NCBI GenBank assembly: GCA_035530075.1 | Contig: DATKVM010000004.1 | Location: forward strand, 2,132-66,131 | DNA length: 64,000 bases | Reading direction: 5' to 3' | Source of the DNA: Patescibacteria group bacterium | GTDB lineage: Bacteria; Patescibacteriota; Microgenomatia; UM-FILTER-40-11 | Shown: one piece after another, positions 1 through 9,749 of the stretch | Layout of the letters: each line of letters starts with the position of its first letter | Numbering within the stretch: the stretch's first letter is position 1 | Translations under genes and position numbers: made by a program | The notes under the pieces: model-generated | The model's database searches: none | What the model was told of the DNA's origin: nothing | The model's input: the letters and a program-made list of their open reading frames with translations, nothing else

Positions 1-301
1 TACCCCTATCCCACTCAGCATTCCATTTCATTACCAGCTTGTCGTCGGTAGAAGTGCCCAGATAAGCCCGACATTGAGCTTCTGTCCAGCCGAATTTACC
101 CTGACACCAGCCTAAACCAGTGCCGTTAAAAATCCTGGCCGTCCGGTTATAGCCAAACTCATCAAATCCTCTTTCAGTTTTCGCCGGTAAAATCTTTCCC
201 CTGGTATTATAAATAGAAATTACTAAAATCAAAACCGTTACCAGCAAGACTAAAACCCCCCACTTCTTAAGCATTTTCCTGATTTTTTTAAAAATTTTCA
301 C
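1..301 (-). CDS. Hypothetical membrane-anchored protein, partial; the gene continues past the window start
   Basis: The minus-strand ORF runs off the window edge. There is an AGGAGG SD at 309-314 and a GTG start at 299-301, with an in-frame ATG at 272-274 as an alternative. The N-terminal hydrophobic segment (WGVLVLLVTVLILVISIY) is followed by a soluble region. Confidence 0.4.
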   Translation of the reverse strand, partial: MKIFKKIRKMLKKWGVLVLLVTVLILVISIYNTRGKILPAKTERGFDEFGYNRTARIFNGTGLGWCQGKFGWTEAQCRAYLGTSTDDKLVMKWNAEWDRG

Positions 302-947
302 TTCATTTACCTCCTTTCCGTAATGGAAATGACATTCTTCTTCTATGCTAACAGGAAATTTTATCAGGAGTCAAACGGTAGTCTTTCCTCAAAAGAGGGG
401 TCAGCCCTTTCTTTCTCTTGCCGCCAATCCGCCTCTGAGAATTATCTTTATAATTCTTCCTTCTTCTAGCCCTCGCCGTTGAGCCTCTTCAGCATTCATC
501 ACTAAATTTTCTTTCGCTCTGGCAAACTCAAATGGATTTCCTCCATCAATACTTAGTCTCACGTGTTCGAAGGCAGAACAAAAAAGAACAAACATAAGAT
601 AAATAGAGCTACGGTCATCCTTTTTGTCTTCCATAAAAAAATTTTAGAAGATTTGTAAGAAAAAGGACAGTCCCAAGAAGAAAAAGAGCCACTTGAAAAT
701 GATAAATTTTGGGCTAAATTGGCCATAGATGGGTAAGATTCAACTGATTGCTGGCCGCGGTAACCCCCTCTTGGCCCAAAAGGTAAGTAGTTTCCCCACT
801 CTCCGGCTATGATACAATTCTTTTTATGGATAAAGTCTATTTTCTAAAAGATTTTGCCCCACAAAGATCCGCTGATACACATCAATTTTGCCGCCAAATA
901 TACGGGTAAAAGCAGTGAATACGAATTAATCGAAATTTGAGTCGAAG

Positions 948-1829
948 TCAAAAAGGCAAATCTTCCACTACTGGTGTTGGAGAAGTTAAAATAGATGGTT
1001 CTACCGCTACCGTCTCCTTCGGCAAAATGTAAATTTCCTGCTTGCGGTTAACCGGGTCCATCGAAACTAGTTTGCCTTTTCCTTGGACCACCGCCAACAT
1101 ATCCCGGCAAGCCCAACAGGATTCTTGGCCCGACTGGCATCGGAAAGAGTGAGTCTCCCGAACCATCTTAACAATCTCGCCTTTCTTCTTAAGATTGACC
1201 AAAGTTTCCTCTATGTCCACCGTCGGCACAGAGACCAAATCAGTGCCTTTGTCCAAATACCAGTAGCTGGTGCGGATTTTCTTGGTTCCTAAAAGGCGAC
1301 TGACTAAAAGGGCATAAATGGACAATTGCGGGGAATCCTCTCGCTCTTCCTTGCCGGTCTTAAAGTCAATAATATGATAGCCGTCAGCGTCTTTTTCAAT
1401 CCAATCCAGTTTGCCGGTCAGAATTAAATCATTCCCCAGCTCAACTTTAGGAAAACCGGGAATTTTAACCGGCTCGACCTCCCGAAAGTGCAAATTGGCC
1501 CAAAACCGCTCCAGCATCGAAAGCGCTCGTTCTCTAAAGCTTTTTTCCTCATCGGCAGCCGTAAAGCCACCTTTTTCACCGGTAAGATTTCTCCAAACAA
1601 ACTCAAAAATTCGGTTCAACTCCTCCTTGGTCCTCGGCTCACTGGACTTAAGAAACTGCTCTAAGGTATCATGAACCGCTTGACCCAAAGCTAAACTGGG
1701 ATTAATCAGCTGGATTTTAAGGCCCCGGGGGCTACGATAAACGTTGCGGTAATAATAAAGCTGGCCACATTTATCAAAGTCAGCTAGGGAAGAGGGGGAA
1801 ATAAAAATCGCATTCGGATTGAAGGCCAT
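948..1829 (-). CDS. PD-(D/E)xK nuclease, Cas4/RecB-like (DUF83-type), with a 4-Cys cluster
   Basis: The IDFKTGK motif follows the acidic residues (D...E.K nuclease core). One N-terminal Cys (DFDKCGQ) plus a C-terminal CQSGQESCWAC match the Cas4 Fe-S cysteine spacing. A roughly 40-aa C-terminal extension follows. Confidence 0.65.
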   Translation of the reverse strand: MAFNPNAIFISPSSLADFDKCGQLYYYRNVYRSPRGLKIQLINPSLALGQAVHDTLEQFLKSSEPRTKEELNRIFEFVWRNLTGEKGGFTAADEEKSFRERALSMLERFWANLHFREVEPVKIPGFPKVELGNDLILTGKLDWIEKDADGYHIIDFKTGKEEREDSPQLSIYALLVSRLLGTKKIRTSYWYLDKGTDLVSVPTVDIEETLVNLKKKGEIVKMVRETHSFRCQSGQESCWACRDMLAVVQGKGKLVSMDPVNRKQEIYILPKETVAVEPSILTSPTPVVEDLPF

Positions 1830-1916
1830 TGTTTTTCCACTCTACCACGGCCTAAGGAAGGACAGTCAAGCATTTTCGGGTTTTCTATGCGTCCCGAAAG
1901 GTGAGAGGAGACCGGG

Positions 1917-2222
1917 TTAGCGACCTGTAATCTGCCGCCAAAGATAATGGAACCAGGATTCCGGCTTCCGATTTTTAGAATAAACAAATTTTGACCAAAC
2001 CGATAAAACCACCCACTCTCCCCGCTCATTTGGTTTGGCGACCACTTCAATTCGAACATTGCCCCAAGTCCGGAAGTAAACCCAAGAGTCCTTAATTTGG
2101 CCGCGACGGCTTTCGTGAGGAGAATTTAAAGTGGTCAGAGCGTGCTCAATCTTAATCCCTCGCTCTTGCAGGCGCTTAAGCGCATGGTCGGTCCAAATAA
2201 CACCCCCGTACTTTTCCCCCAT
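1917..2222 (-). CDS. DUF4258-family small protein (toxin-like)
   Basis: The WTDHALKRLQERGI N-terminal motif is typical of the DUF4258 family. The protein is 101 aa. Confidence 0.45.
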   Translation of the reverse strand: MGEKYGGVIWTDHALKRLQERGIKIEHALTTLNSPHESRRGQIKDSWVYFRTWGNVRIEVVAKPNERGEWVVLSVWSKFVYSKNRKPESWFHYLWRQITGR

Positions 2223-2233
2223 GCTTAAATATG

Positions 2234-3028
2234 TTACACTCCCATCTCCAAAGCTCTCTTAATCTGAGGCAGTTCTTCCGGCTTTATCCGGCCCAAGGAG
2301 TTCCCGGGATAACCTTGAATAATTTTTATTCCCTCAACATCTACTGCCACTCGGTCAGTAGAAGCCAAAATTAAGTTCGGCTCCCTTGTTTCACCTTGAG
2401 ACGGTCCTTGGTTAATAAAGCATTTTCGAGCATCCATAATGACCAAATCGCAAGGAACAATTTTATTCAGTTCAGCAATTTTTTCTTGCAAATTTCTTAA
2501 ATGAAGAGAAACTCTTTCAAACGGCCGCAAAAAACCGATTGCCAGTTTCAAACTACCGGTAAACTGGGCTTGAGAATGGGTCTTTAAGCAGGGCAAAAAA
2601 ATTACCTTATCTGCTCTTTCCAAAACCGCCGGTAAAGAAGCGGTTTTTAAATATTTGGCGCCGGGGATTTCTTTCTTAACCCACCGGCCTTCTTCAAAAA
2701 TATAAATTCTTGGCGGCATTTTCATTTCCTGCAAGCGAAAAATCTCTTTTTCTTCCATTATCTTGCGGGTATTTAAAGACATTGTCGAAGAGTCGCCAAT
2801 CATTACCAGCTTCGCCCTCGCTTCATAAACAAGTTCCACCACCGTTTTTAAGAATTCCAAATCAGTTGAAGCAGGAAAAGGATCAGCCGTATTGAAGTTA
2901 GGCTTTAAAAAAACCACTTCCCCGGTTTTGACAAACTTTTTAAACCCACCAAGCTCATCCACTACCTTTTTAATAGTTTCCTTTAAGTTTCCAGAAAATG
3001 AAAATTTAGCGACCATTTTTCTCATCAC
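2234..3028 (-). CDS. DUF362 domain protein
   Basis: The LKPNFN, LPCLKTH and D-A-R motifs are characteristic of DUF362. The start is possibly at an internal Met a few codons downstream of the ORF start. Confidence 0.6.
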   Translation of the reverse strand: MMRKMVAKFSFSGNLKETIKKVVDELGGFKKFVKTGEVVFLKPNFNTADPFPASTDLEFLKTVVELVYEARAKLVMIGDSSTMSLNTRKIMEEKEIFRLQEMKMPPRIYIFEEGRWVKKEIPGAKYLKTASLPAVLERADKVIFLPCLKTHSQAQFTGSLKLAIGFLRPFERVSLHLRNLQEKIAELNKIVPCDLVIMDARKCFINQGPSQGETREPNLILASTDRVAVDVEGIKIIQGYPGNSLGRIKPEELPQIKRALEMGV

Positions 3029-3413
3029 TGATTAGTTTATCAATTAACTTAATATCAGCCAAGTCTTTTTCTCTCCCTAATCTTATCTTCCACTCCCTTA
3101 AAACCTCAAGCTTAACAAAACGGATGCCGTCGAAAATGTCTGCCCCTTTAATGACTTCGGAAGCGCTAAACCCAATCGCCGGCTTATCAATCGCTTCAAT
3201 ATTTTCCGTTAAATGTGCTTTTGGTCCCCAACCGCCCTCGGCCACAGGGTATTTCTTGGCTAAGACTTCCCAAAGCTCTGGCAAAACCACCAAGTCCAAA
3301 TCTTTTGCTTCTTTCTTTCCCCGAATTGCTAAACAACCGCTGCCAAAAATAGCGAATTCATCTTCCGGCAAATTTAACCTTCTTAATTCTACTAAAAGTT
3401 TATCAATTTCCAT
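3006..3413 (-). CDS. Minimal nucleotidyltransferase-fold protein
   Basis: FAIFGSGCLAIRG (hG[GS] motif) is followed by DLDLVV (DxD), the signature of the Pol-beta-like NTase superfamily. The protein is 135 aa. Confidence 0.5.
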   Translation of the reverse strand: MEIDKLLVELRRLNLPEDEFAIFGSGCLAIRGKKEAKDLDLVVLPELWEVLAKKYPVAEGGWGPKAHLTENIEAIDKPAIGFSASEVIKGADIFDGIRFVKLEVLREWKIRLGREKDLADIKLIDKLISDEKNGR

Positions 3414-3419
3414 TAATGG

Positions 3420-4013
3420 TCAAACTAGCTTGAAAATTCTTGTTACTTGTTGGGTAGGAAGCTTAACAAACTTGCCTTTCTCAAAAAGAAAAACCGCGGT
3501 TTTTTCCGAAAGCGGGAGCAAACCTTCAGCTCCATAGTCTGAAACCACCACCGAGATTAATCCCTCAAAAGGTAAAAAGCCCATTTCTTCCTCGGTCAAG
3601 TGGTGTCGCAAATCACTGCCTGGCGGCCGGCTGCTCACTTGGGCAATAATTTGCTCGCCCTTTTTAACCAGCTTTGTCATTATCCTGGCGTTTTCCTCGG
3701 CATTAACCCGGAAAGAAACCGGCGTCATCATCGCCCGCGGCGCCACCGCTTCGGTCACCAAAAAACCCTCAGGCGTTTCCTTACCGACCCAATAAACTAC
3801 TCCTTCAAAACGCTCACTGTCTTTAGCAAAACCCAAAAACAACCTTTCGGTCTCCAAGACAACGCTTCGGGGAATAAGAACAGTAGGAAAGCCGCTAAGC
3901 TTTTTCATAAGATTAACCACAATTCTATCGCAAACCGAAGCAAAAGTATAGCCAAAAGCCTCATTGACCGCTGTTTTCGGGAGTTCTTCTCGCCGGCGGA
4001 TTAATCTGGACAT
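3420..4013 (-). CDS. Hypothetical protein, possibly an MPN/JAB-like fold with a degenerate metal-binding motif
   Basis: A 197-aa ORF. The segment E...VSSRPPGSDLRHH sits where the JAMM motif H-x-H-x7-S-xx-D would be, but the His residues are replaced. This is a weak assignment. Confidence 0.35.
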   Translation of the reverse strand: MSRLIRRREELPKTAVNEAFGYTFASVCDRIVVNLMKKLSGFPTVLIPRSVVLETERLFLGFAKDSERFEGVVYWVGKETPEGFLVTEAVAPRAMMTPVSFRVNAEENARIMTKLVKKGEQIIAQVSSRPPGSDLRHHLTEEEMGFLPFEGLISVVVSDYGAEGLLPLSEKTAVFLFEKGKFVKLPTQQVTRIFKLV

Positions 4014-4398
4014 TCTGGGCCGTTACACTGCCATCGGGATTGTCACTACCAATGACCACCACCTTATCACCCACCTTTAAATCACCCTTCGACCCGCTTA
4101 AGGACTTTAAAAACTCCGTGCTTTCAGCAAGCAGAACAATTTTGCTGCTCCCATCCTGGAGTTTGACCGTAATTGACTTATCGTCGCTTCCGGTAATTTC
4201 TCCGCTCACCGGTCGAAAGCCCACTTGGCTCCCGTTTCCTCCTCCATTATTTCCTCCCATTCTTACCCCCAACTGACTACCGGCAAACTGCCTAGAGTTG
4301 CTTTTCTGTTTACCCTCCTGATATTTCATACCTCCCGCAAATCCTCCCGCAGCGGCGACTACCACCAAGATAATCAAAATCACGTTTAGGTTTTTCAT
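3961..4398 (-). CDS. Small secreted/membrane-anchored Gly-rich protein
   Basis: The start was moved to the Met at 4396-4398, which is preceded by a perfect AAGGAGGTGA SD. An N-terminal TM helix (LNVILIILVVVAAAGG) is followed by a G/N-rich linker and a beta-rich C-terminal region. Confidence 0.5.
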   Translation of the reverse strand: MKNLNVILIILVVVAAAGGFAGGMKYQEGKQKSNSRQFAGSQLGVRMGGNNGGGNGSQVGFRPVSGEITGSDDKSITVKLQDGSSKIVLLAESTEFLKSLSGSKGDLKVGDKVVVIGSDNPDGSVTAQNVQINPPARRTPENSGQ

Positions 4399-4438
4399 AA
4401 TCACCTCCTTAAAAATACTTAATACTAAATACTTGATA

Positions 4439-5659
4439 CTATTCGTAGCGTAATGCTTCAATGGGACTCAAATTGGCAGCACGTCGGGCTGGGTACCAAC
4501 CAAATAGAATTCCGATTCCTCCGGAAACGCTAATGGCTAAAATAACTGCCGTGGGTGAAAGAGCAAAGGGCATTTTTATTAGCGACGAAACCAAAAAGGA
4601 AAGGCCGATTCCCAAAAGCATTCCCAAAATTCCGCCGGCGAAGGTTAAAATAACCGCTTCAAACAAAAATTGAGTAATAATTGTTTTCTTCTTGGCCCCA
4701 AGAGCTTTGCGCAGACCGATTTCCCGGGTTCTTTCTGTTACCGTCACGAGCATAATATTCATAATCCCAATTCCCCCCACCAAAAGAGATATGGCGGCAA
4801 TTCCCGAAAGGAGCAGAGTGAAAGTACTGGTTATCTGCGAAGCGGCCCCTAAAATATCTGCCTGAGACATAATGCTGAAATCCGCCTGACTAGGATCATT
4901 TAATTTATGGCGGTTCAACAAAAAGTAACCAACTTCATTTTGAGCCTCGGTCATCACTTCTTTATTTCTAGTTTCTATCGAAATGGAACTAACATAGTCT
5001 ACTCCAAACAACTGTTTTTGAGCCGTAGTGAGAGGAACAAAGGCGATATCATCCTGATTCATAAAGCCACTGCCGCCTTTCGATTCGGTAACGCCAATCA
5101 CCCTAAAAGCAAGCTTACCAAGGCGAACGGTTTGCCCAACCGGATTAACCCCTTCGCCAAACAAATCGACGACAACTTGTGGCCCTAAAACCACCACCTT
5201 GCTTAAGCTATTAACGTCCTGTTGGGAAATAAAATTGCCCGAAGTGAGATTAATTTTCCTTACCTCAATGTAAGTGGGAATAACCCCCAAGATTTGAGTG
5301 TTGGTATTATTGCGACCGGCGCTCACTTGAGTGCGGCGGGAGAGTTCCGGAGAAATATTGACAATCGTGGTCAGACGGGCCACGACCAAAGCTTGAGCGT
5401 CTTCATAAGTCAAGCTGGTGGCTCCTCCAGCCGCTCCGCGGAGACCATCCGATGATTGAGCCCCTGGCAAAACGGTTAGCAAATTTGAGCCAAGAGACTC
5501 TATTTGAGCTTCGACTGATTTTTGACCGGATTGGCCTAAAGAAATCAAGGCAATGACGGCGCCAATGCCAATAATAATTCCTAAAGTCGCCAGACCGGTG
5601 CGCAGCCTATTGGTATTTAAGGCTTCGAGTGCAGACGTAATCAATTCTGAGATTTCCAT
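4439..5659 (-). CDS. ABC transporter permease, MacB/FtsX family
   Basis: An N-terminal TM is followed by a large periplasmic MacB-like domain and a C-terminal FtsX four-helix region. The gene overlaps the upstream ATPase gene. Confidence 0.85.
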   Translation of the reverse strand: MEISELITSALEALNTNRLRTGLATLGIIIGIGAVIALISLGQSGQKSVEAQIESLGSNLLTVLPGAQSSDGLRGAAGGATSLTYEDAQALVVARLTTIVNISPELSRRTQVSAGRNNTNTQILGVIPTYIEVRKINLTSGNFISQQDVNSLSKVVVLGPQVVVDLFGEGVNPVGQTVRLGKLAFRVIGVTESKGGSGFMNQDDIAFVPLTTAQKQLFGVDYVSSISIETRNKEVMTEAQNEVGYFLLNRHKLNDPSQADFSIMSQADILGAASQITSTFTLLLSGIAAISLLVGGIGIMNIMLVTVTERTREIGLRKALGAKKKTIITQFLFEAVILTFAGGILGMLLGIGLSFLVSSLIKMPFALSPTAVILAISVSGGIGILFGWYPARRAANLSPIEALRYE

Positions 5660-6330
5660 ATTTTTTGGTCGCTGACAATCCTCCCGTCTCGCAGAACGAT
5701 AGTTCTTTTGGCGTGCTTGGCAATATCCGACTCGTGAGTAATCATCACCACCGTATGTCCTTGCTGATTCAAGCTCTCAAAAATTTCCATTATTTCTTCT
5801 CCTTGAACTGTCGCCAAATTACCGGTAGGCTCATCGGCTAAAATAATTGCTGGGCCAAGCGCCAAGGCCCGGGCGATGGCAACTCTTTGCTGTTGCCCGC
5901 CGGAAAGCTGGTTAGGCCGGTGCTCAAGCCTATCTCCCAAACCGACCGTATCTAAAAGCTTTTTTGCTCTCATCTCTCTTTCTCCTCTGGGGACATCGCC
6001 ATAAACCATCGGCAACATCACATTTTTCAAAGCCGACGCTCGAGGCAAGAGGTTATAAGCTTGGAAAACAAATCCAATTTTCCTATTTCTAATATCGGCC
6101 AATTCGTCCTCGGCCAACGATTGAACTTTCTCGCCATCCAGGAAGTACTCTCCCTCGGTCGGCACATCCAAAGCCCCTAAGATATGCATTAAGGTGGATT
6201 TGCCGGAACCGGAAGGCCCCATAATCGCCACAAACTCGCCTTTGTCGATTCTGAAAGAAACTCCATCCAGAGCTTTCGTTTCAACCACCCCGGTACGATA
6301 GATTTTCGTTAAATTCTTAACCTGAATCAT
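5641..6330 (-). CDS. ABC transporter ATP-binding protein (MacB/LolD-like)
   Basis: Walker A is GPSGSGKST, the ABC signature is [15 protein letters not shown], and Walker B is [10 protein letters not shown]. Confidence 0.9.
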   Translation of the reverse strand: MIQVKNLTKIYRTGVVETKALDGVSFRIDKGEFVAIMGPSGSGKSTLMHILGALDVPTEGEYFLDGEKVQSLAEDELADIRNRKIGFVFQAYNLLPRASALKNVMLPMVYGDVPRGEREMRAKKLLDTVGLGDRLEHRPNQLSGGQQQRVAIARALALGPAIILADEPTGNLATVQGEEIMEIFESLNQQGHTVVMITHESDIAKHAKRTIVLRDGRIVSDQKIWKSQN

Positions 6331-6347
6331 TTATCGAAAATTTAGCT

Positions 6348-7811
6348 TTAACGCGAACTTGCACCTGGTACTCTACCCGCGCCACCACTGCTCATTCCCC
6401 CCATTCTAAAGGTTCCAAAGGGGGAACTCGTCTCTGAAGAATTTCTGGAATTAGAGTTAACCACCGCCGTTACTACTTCCACTCCTTCAGTTATTCCCGA
6501 AAGGATTTCCGTTTGAGAATCCGAAGAGAGACCGATCTCAACCGGAATTTCCTGCAAAATTCCTTTATCTAAAACTCTCACCGTTATCTGCTCGCCTTGG
6601 CTTTGAATTGCCGAATTCGGAACCAAAAGCACATCGGTTTTCAAGTCGGTAATAATATTGGCGGTAACAGACATATTGGGATAGATTTTAACTTCTGTCA
6701 GGTCAAGCAAAATGGTGGTGGGGTAACTGGTCACGCCTGAGCTTACCTTTCCGAGGGTATCAATTGACAAAACCTGGCCGGTAAAAGTTTTCTCCGGAAA
6801 AGCGTCCAGAATTAAAGTCACTTTCTGGCCGGGATCAACTTTAGTTACATCGATTTCCGTTAAATTGACGACGGCCTGAAATCGAGCTCCAGGATTTTCT
6901 ATCGAACCAATTTTTTGGCTAGAAACAGAGTTCTGACTACCCGAAGAGTTCGAACCATTGCCGGAGTTCGAACTAGGGGCTGAAGTAGAAACAATCGATA
7001 ATCCAGAACCCAAGGCAAAGTTACTAACCACCCCCGAAGCTGGAGCCACAACTATCGCCGAAGCTCTTTGGTAATCTCGCCAGGCAGAAGCAATTTGAGC
7101 TTTAGCTTTGTTTATTTGAGCATCGGAATTTTTATAAGCCGTTTCCGACGCCTCAAATGCCTTCCTGGCTTGATCAACAGTTTTATCAATAATTGCTTTT
7201 TCCGAGTCGGTATATTCTTCTTTAGTCTCGGGGTTAATCGCATTGTTATTCTTATAATCCTGCTCCTCAAGAGAATCAAAAATTGCTTGCCGGTCTTTCC
7301 ACATTTGAATATCAGCCGTGACCTTATTTTTTTCGGCGGTTTTTTCGGCATTCACCATCTCAATGTAAGCGGCATAAGTAATTGTCTGTCTGGACTGAGC
7401 ATCGTCGTCAAGAGTCACCTCGGCAATTCTTTGCCCTTTAGCCACTGTTTCGCCATTTTTAACATAAACTTTTCTAACGACACCGGAAGCACTGGTCGTT
7501 ATATCAGTGGCGCCGCCAGCAGAAATAACCCCCGAAGCAGAAATTGAAGAAACCAAAGTCCCTTTCTGGACAGTCGCTGTCTGGTAAGTTGCCTTATTTT
7601 CACCCTGGGCAAAAATCCTCCAGCCGCAATATCCTAGGCCAAGCAGGACTACCAACCCAATCATTACCAATTTTTTCTTCCTTTTCAACAAAGGAAGAAT
7701 ATTTCCGAAGACTGATGGACGGGCGATATCTTCGCTCGGCAAAGAGGAAACAGTAGACGCTGATTCACCTTTCCGGAAGAATTTTGTTGATAACTTGTCC
7801 ATTTTCGGCAC
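6348..7811 (-). CDS. Efflux periplasmic adaptor (HlyD/MacA family) with a long S/N/G-rich low-complexity insert
   Basis: The protein has an N-terminal TM, coiled-coil-like K/E/A-rich segments and C-terminal beta-barrel-like regions. It sits directly upstream of the MacB-type ABC pair. Confidence 0.65.
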   Translation of the reverse strand: MPKMDKLSTKFFRKGESASTVSSLPSEDIARPSVFGNILPLLKRKKKLVMIGLVVLLGLGYCGWRIFAQGENKATYQTATVQKGTLVSSISASGVISAGGATDITTSASGVVRKVYVKNGETVAKGQRIAEVTLDDDAQSRQTITYAAYIEMVNAEKTAEKNKVTADIQMWKDRQAIFDSLEEQDYKNNNAINPETKEEYTDSEKAIIDKTVDQARKAFEASETAYKNSDAQINKAKAQIASAWRDYQRASAIVVAPASGVVSNFALGSGLSIVSTSAPSSNSGNGSNSSGSQNSVSSQKIGSIENPGARFQAVVNLTEIDVTKVDPGQKVTLILDAFPEKTFTGQVLSIDTLGKVSSGVTSYPTTILLDLTEVKIYPNMSVTANIITDLKTDVLLVPNSAIQSQGEQITVRVLDKGILQEIPVEIGLSSDSQTEILSGITEGVEVVTAVVNSNSRNSSETSSPFGTFRMGGMSSGGAGRVPGASSR

Positions 7812-7841
7812 TTAAATAAAGTTGATTATACCAATATTAAG

Positions 7842-7880
7842 AGATTATGCTTGTTTTTTTAATTTTTGCAAGCATAATCT
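7842..7880 (-). terminator. Stem-loop between the histidine-kinase operon and the efflux operon
   Basis: A perfect 12-bp inverted repeat (AGATTATGCTTG / CAAGCATAATCT) encloses a T-rich loop, with A/T-rich flanks on both sides. Confidence 0.35.
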
Positions 7881-7987
7881 TTATTTAATAAACCCTAATT
7901 TAATAAATCCTATATTCAAATAATAAAAGGTGAAGCTGAAAATAAGCTGAAAAAGCTTGTTTATCTCCGCCAACTGGCGGATCAAAA

Positions 7988-9040
7988 TTAGCTGAAAGAC
8001 AAAGGCAGGCTGACAGTAAAAACACTTCCCTTTCCAAGACGGCTTTTTGCAGCAATCGATCCTCGGTGTAAATCAACGATTTTCTTGGCAATAGATAAGC
8101 CCAGACCGTAACCGCCGGTATCAACCCGAGAGCGAGCGGAGTCAGCCCGGTAAAACCGGTCAAAAATATGAGGAAGGTCTTTTTTATCAATCCCCATGCC
8201 TTTATCTTCAACTGCTACCCGGACAAAGCCGTCAAGCCGCTGGGAAGAGATTTTAATGGTTTTGTCCTTGGGACTGTATTTAATGGCATTATCTAAAAGA
8301 ATCACCCAAAGGTCAGAAAGGCTGAAGGGGTTGCCTTCTATCTGGACGTCTTGGGCGCGGTTTCGAATAATAATACCCTTTTCTTTGGCCAAAGGCTCGA
8401 GTTTTTGGACCGCTTTGCTTATTGATTCCAAAAGTGAGATTTTTTCCCGCTTTGTGTCGGCCGATGGCTTCTGATATTGGGCCATTTGCAGAAGTCCATC
8501 GGCTAAAGAGTGAAGCTTATTTACCTCGGCAATACTTTCGGCAATCAAGCTTTTCGCTTCCTTAAGGTTCAGGCTCTTGTCGCGCAAGCCAACTTCCAAG
8601 GAACTTTTCAAGGCGGTCAGGGGAGTCCGCAACTCATGGGAAGAGTCGCTAATAAAGCGATTTTGCTCCTCCACCATTTCCCGAATGGGGTTAAGGGTTC
8701 TTCCCGCCAGAAAATATCCCGTTACTCCCGAAATCACCAAGATGCCGCTGTTAATAGCGACCAAGATTAAAAGTAAGCGGTTTTTGGTTTCCTGAACCAA
8801 AGCGGGGTCGAGGAAAGGCGGCAGGGTTCTCGGTCCCTCAAAGAGTCCGGGTATCCCCTCCAGTAGGTGTCTTTCTATGCGAGAACGCTGGAGCCGGTCA
8901 AACCGCTCCAGTTCCCTTGAAGAAACTTGGAAAATAACCGTGCTGAAGGAAACACTGATAAGCATGATAATCAGAAGATACCAAGCAGTCAGTTTTAATC
9001 GGGCGGAATTAAACATTGTTTTTGCCAATCTTATAGCCAA
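7988..9040 (-). CDS. Sensor histidine kinase
   Basis: Two TM segments and a HAMP-like linker are followed by the HisKA H-box (SHELRTPL) and the HATPase_c N, G1 (DKGMGI) and G2 (GYGLGLSI) boxes. Confidence 0.85.
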   Translation of the reverse strand: MAIRLAKTMFNSARLKLTAWYLLIIMLISVSFSTVIFQVSSRELERFDRLQRSRIERHLLEGIPGLFEGPRTLPPFLDPALVQETKNRLLLILVAINSGILVISGVTGYFLAGRTLNPIREMVEEQNRFISDSSHELRTPLTALKSSLEVGLRDKSLNLKEAKSLIAESIAEVNKLHSLADGLLQMAQYQKPSADTKREKISLLESISKAVQKLEPLAKEKGIIIRNRAQDVQIEGNPFSLSDLWVILLDNAIKYSPKDKTIKISSQRLDGFVRVAVEDKGMGIDKKDLPHIFDRFYRADSARSRVDTGGYGLGLSIAKKIVDLHRGSIAAKSRLGKGSVFTVSLPLSFS

Positions 9041-9692
9041 AACCCCTCACTGTTTGAATTAAAGCTGGGCCTTCCTTAAATGGTAAATCGATTTTGCGTC
9101 TAAGATTCCGAATATAGACTTCCACGGTGTTGGGAAGAATATCGGCGTCATAATTCCAAACATGGCTGATAATCTGTTCTTTGGTTAATATCCGTTCTGG
9201 ATGACGCATTAAATACTCCAGAAGAGAAAATTCCTTGCCGGAAAGATTCACTGGTTTGCCTCCTCTTTTCACTTCATAAGTTTTCGCATCAAGAGTTAAA
9301 TCAGCCACTGAAAGAACTGAGCTGAGATTGTTTTGCGGTCTTCGGGAAAGTGCTCTGACTCTGGCCACCAGTTCTTCAAAAGAGAAAGGTTTAGTCAAAT
9401 AATCATCCGCGCCGGAATCCAACCCCTCTACTTTATCCTGGACTTGGCCTTTGGCGGTTAAAATCAGAACCGGGGTGTGGATTTGTTTTTGGCGCAATTG
9501 CCTACAAATGGAGAGTCCATCCATTCCGGGGAGCATCAGATCAAGGATAATGACATCGTATTCTTCTTCGGAAGCCAAATCAAAGCCTTCATTACCAGTA
9601 TAAGCCACATCAACGGCGAAATGCTCCTGCCCTAGGCCTTTTTTAATTGAGCCAGCGATGTGGTGTTCGTCCTCAACGAGTAGCACTCTCAT
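9009..9692 (-). CDS. OmpR-family response regulator
   Basis: A receiver domain (DDE...D...LTAKG) is followed by a winged-helix trans_reg_C domain (RVRALSRR, VRGFGY). The gene overlaps the kinase gene, an operon-type arrangement. Confidence 0.9.
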   Translation of the reverse strand: MRVLLVEDEHHIAGSIKKGLGQEHFAVDVAYTGNEGFDLASEEEYDVIILDLMLPGMDGLSICRQLRQKQIHTPVLILTAKGQVQDKVEGLDSGADDYLTKPFSFEELVARVRALSRRPQNNLSSVLSVADLTLDAKTYEVKRGGKPVNLSGKEFSLLEYLMRHPERILTKEQIISHVWNYDADILPNTVEVYIRNLRRKIDLPFKEGPALIQTVRGFGYKIGKNNV

Positions 9693-9749
9693 GGCTCAAG
9701 ATTATATCACCAAAGCTGAAGAATAGCTGAAAAACGAGCAAGATGAAGT

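Noticed and set aside
401-634. A 77-aa minus-strand ORF in an otherwise ORF-free 550-bp stretch
   Set aside because: No recognisable motif, no convincing SD, and its composition is similar to non-coding sequence. It may be a real small protein but the sequence gives no positive support.
1083-1674. Plus-strand ORFs (69 and 87 aa) and a 60-aa minus-strand ORF inside the Cas4-like nuclease gene
   Set aside because: They are fully contained in a longer, motif-bearing ORF, either on the opposite strand or in another frame. These are typical shadow ORFs.
7068-7756. Plus-strand ORFs of 159 and 70 aa and a minus-strand 79-aa ORF within the HlyD-like gene
   Set aside because: They overlap a longer gene supported by its operon context. 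They have low-complexity Arg/Lys or Phe/Ile-rich translations, characteristic of antisense or out-of-frame reads of a coding region.
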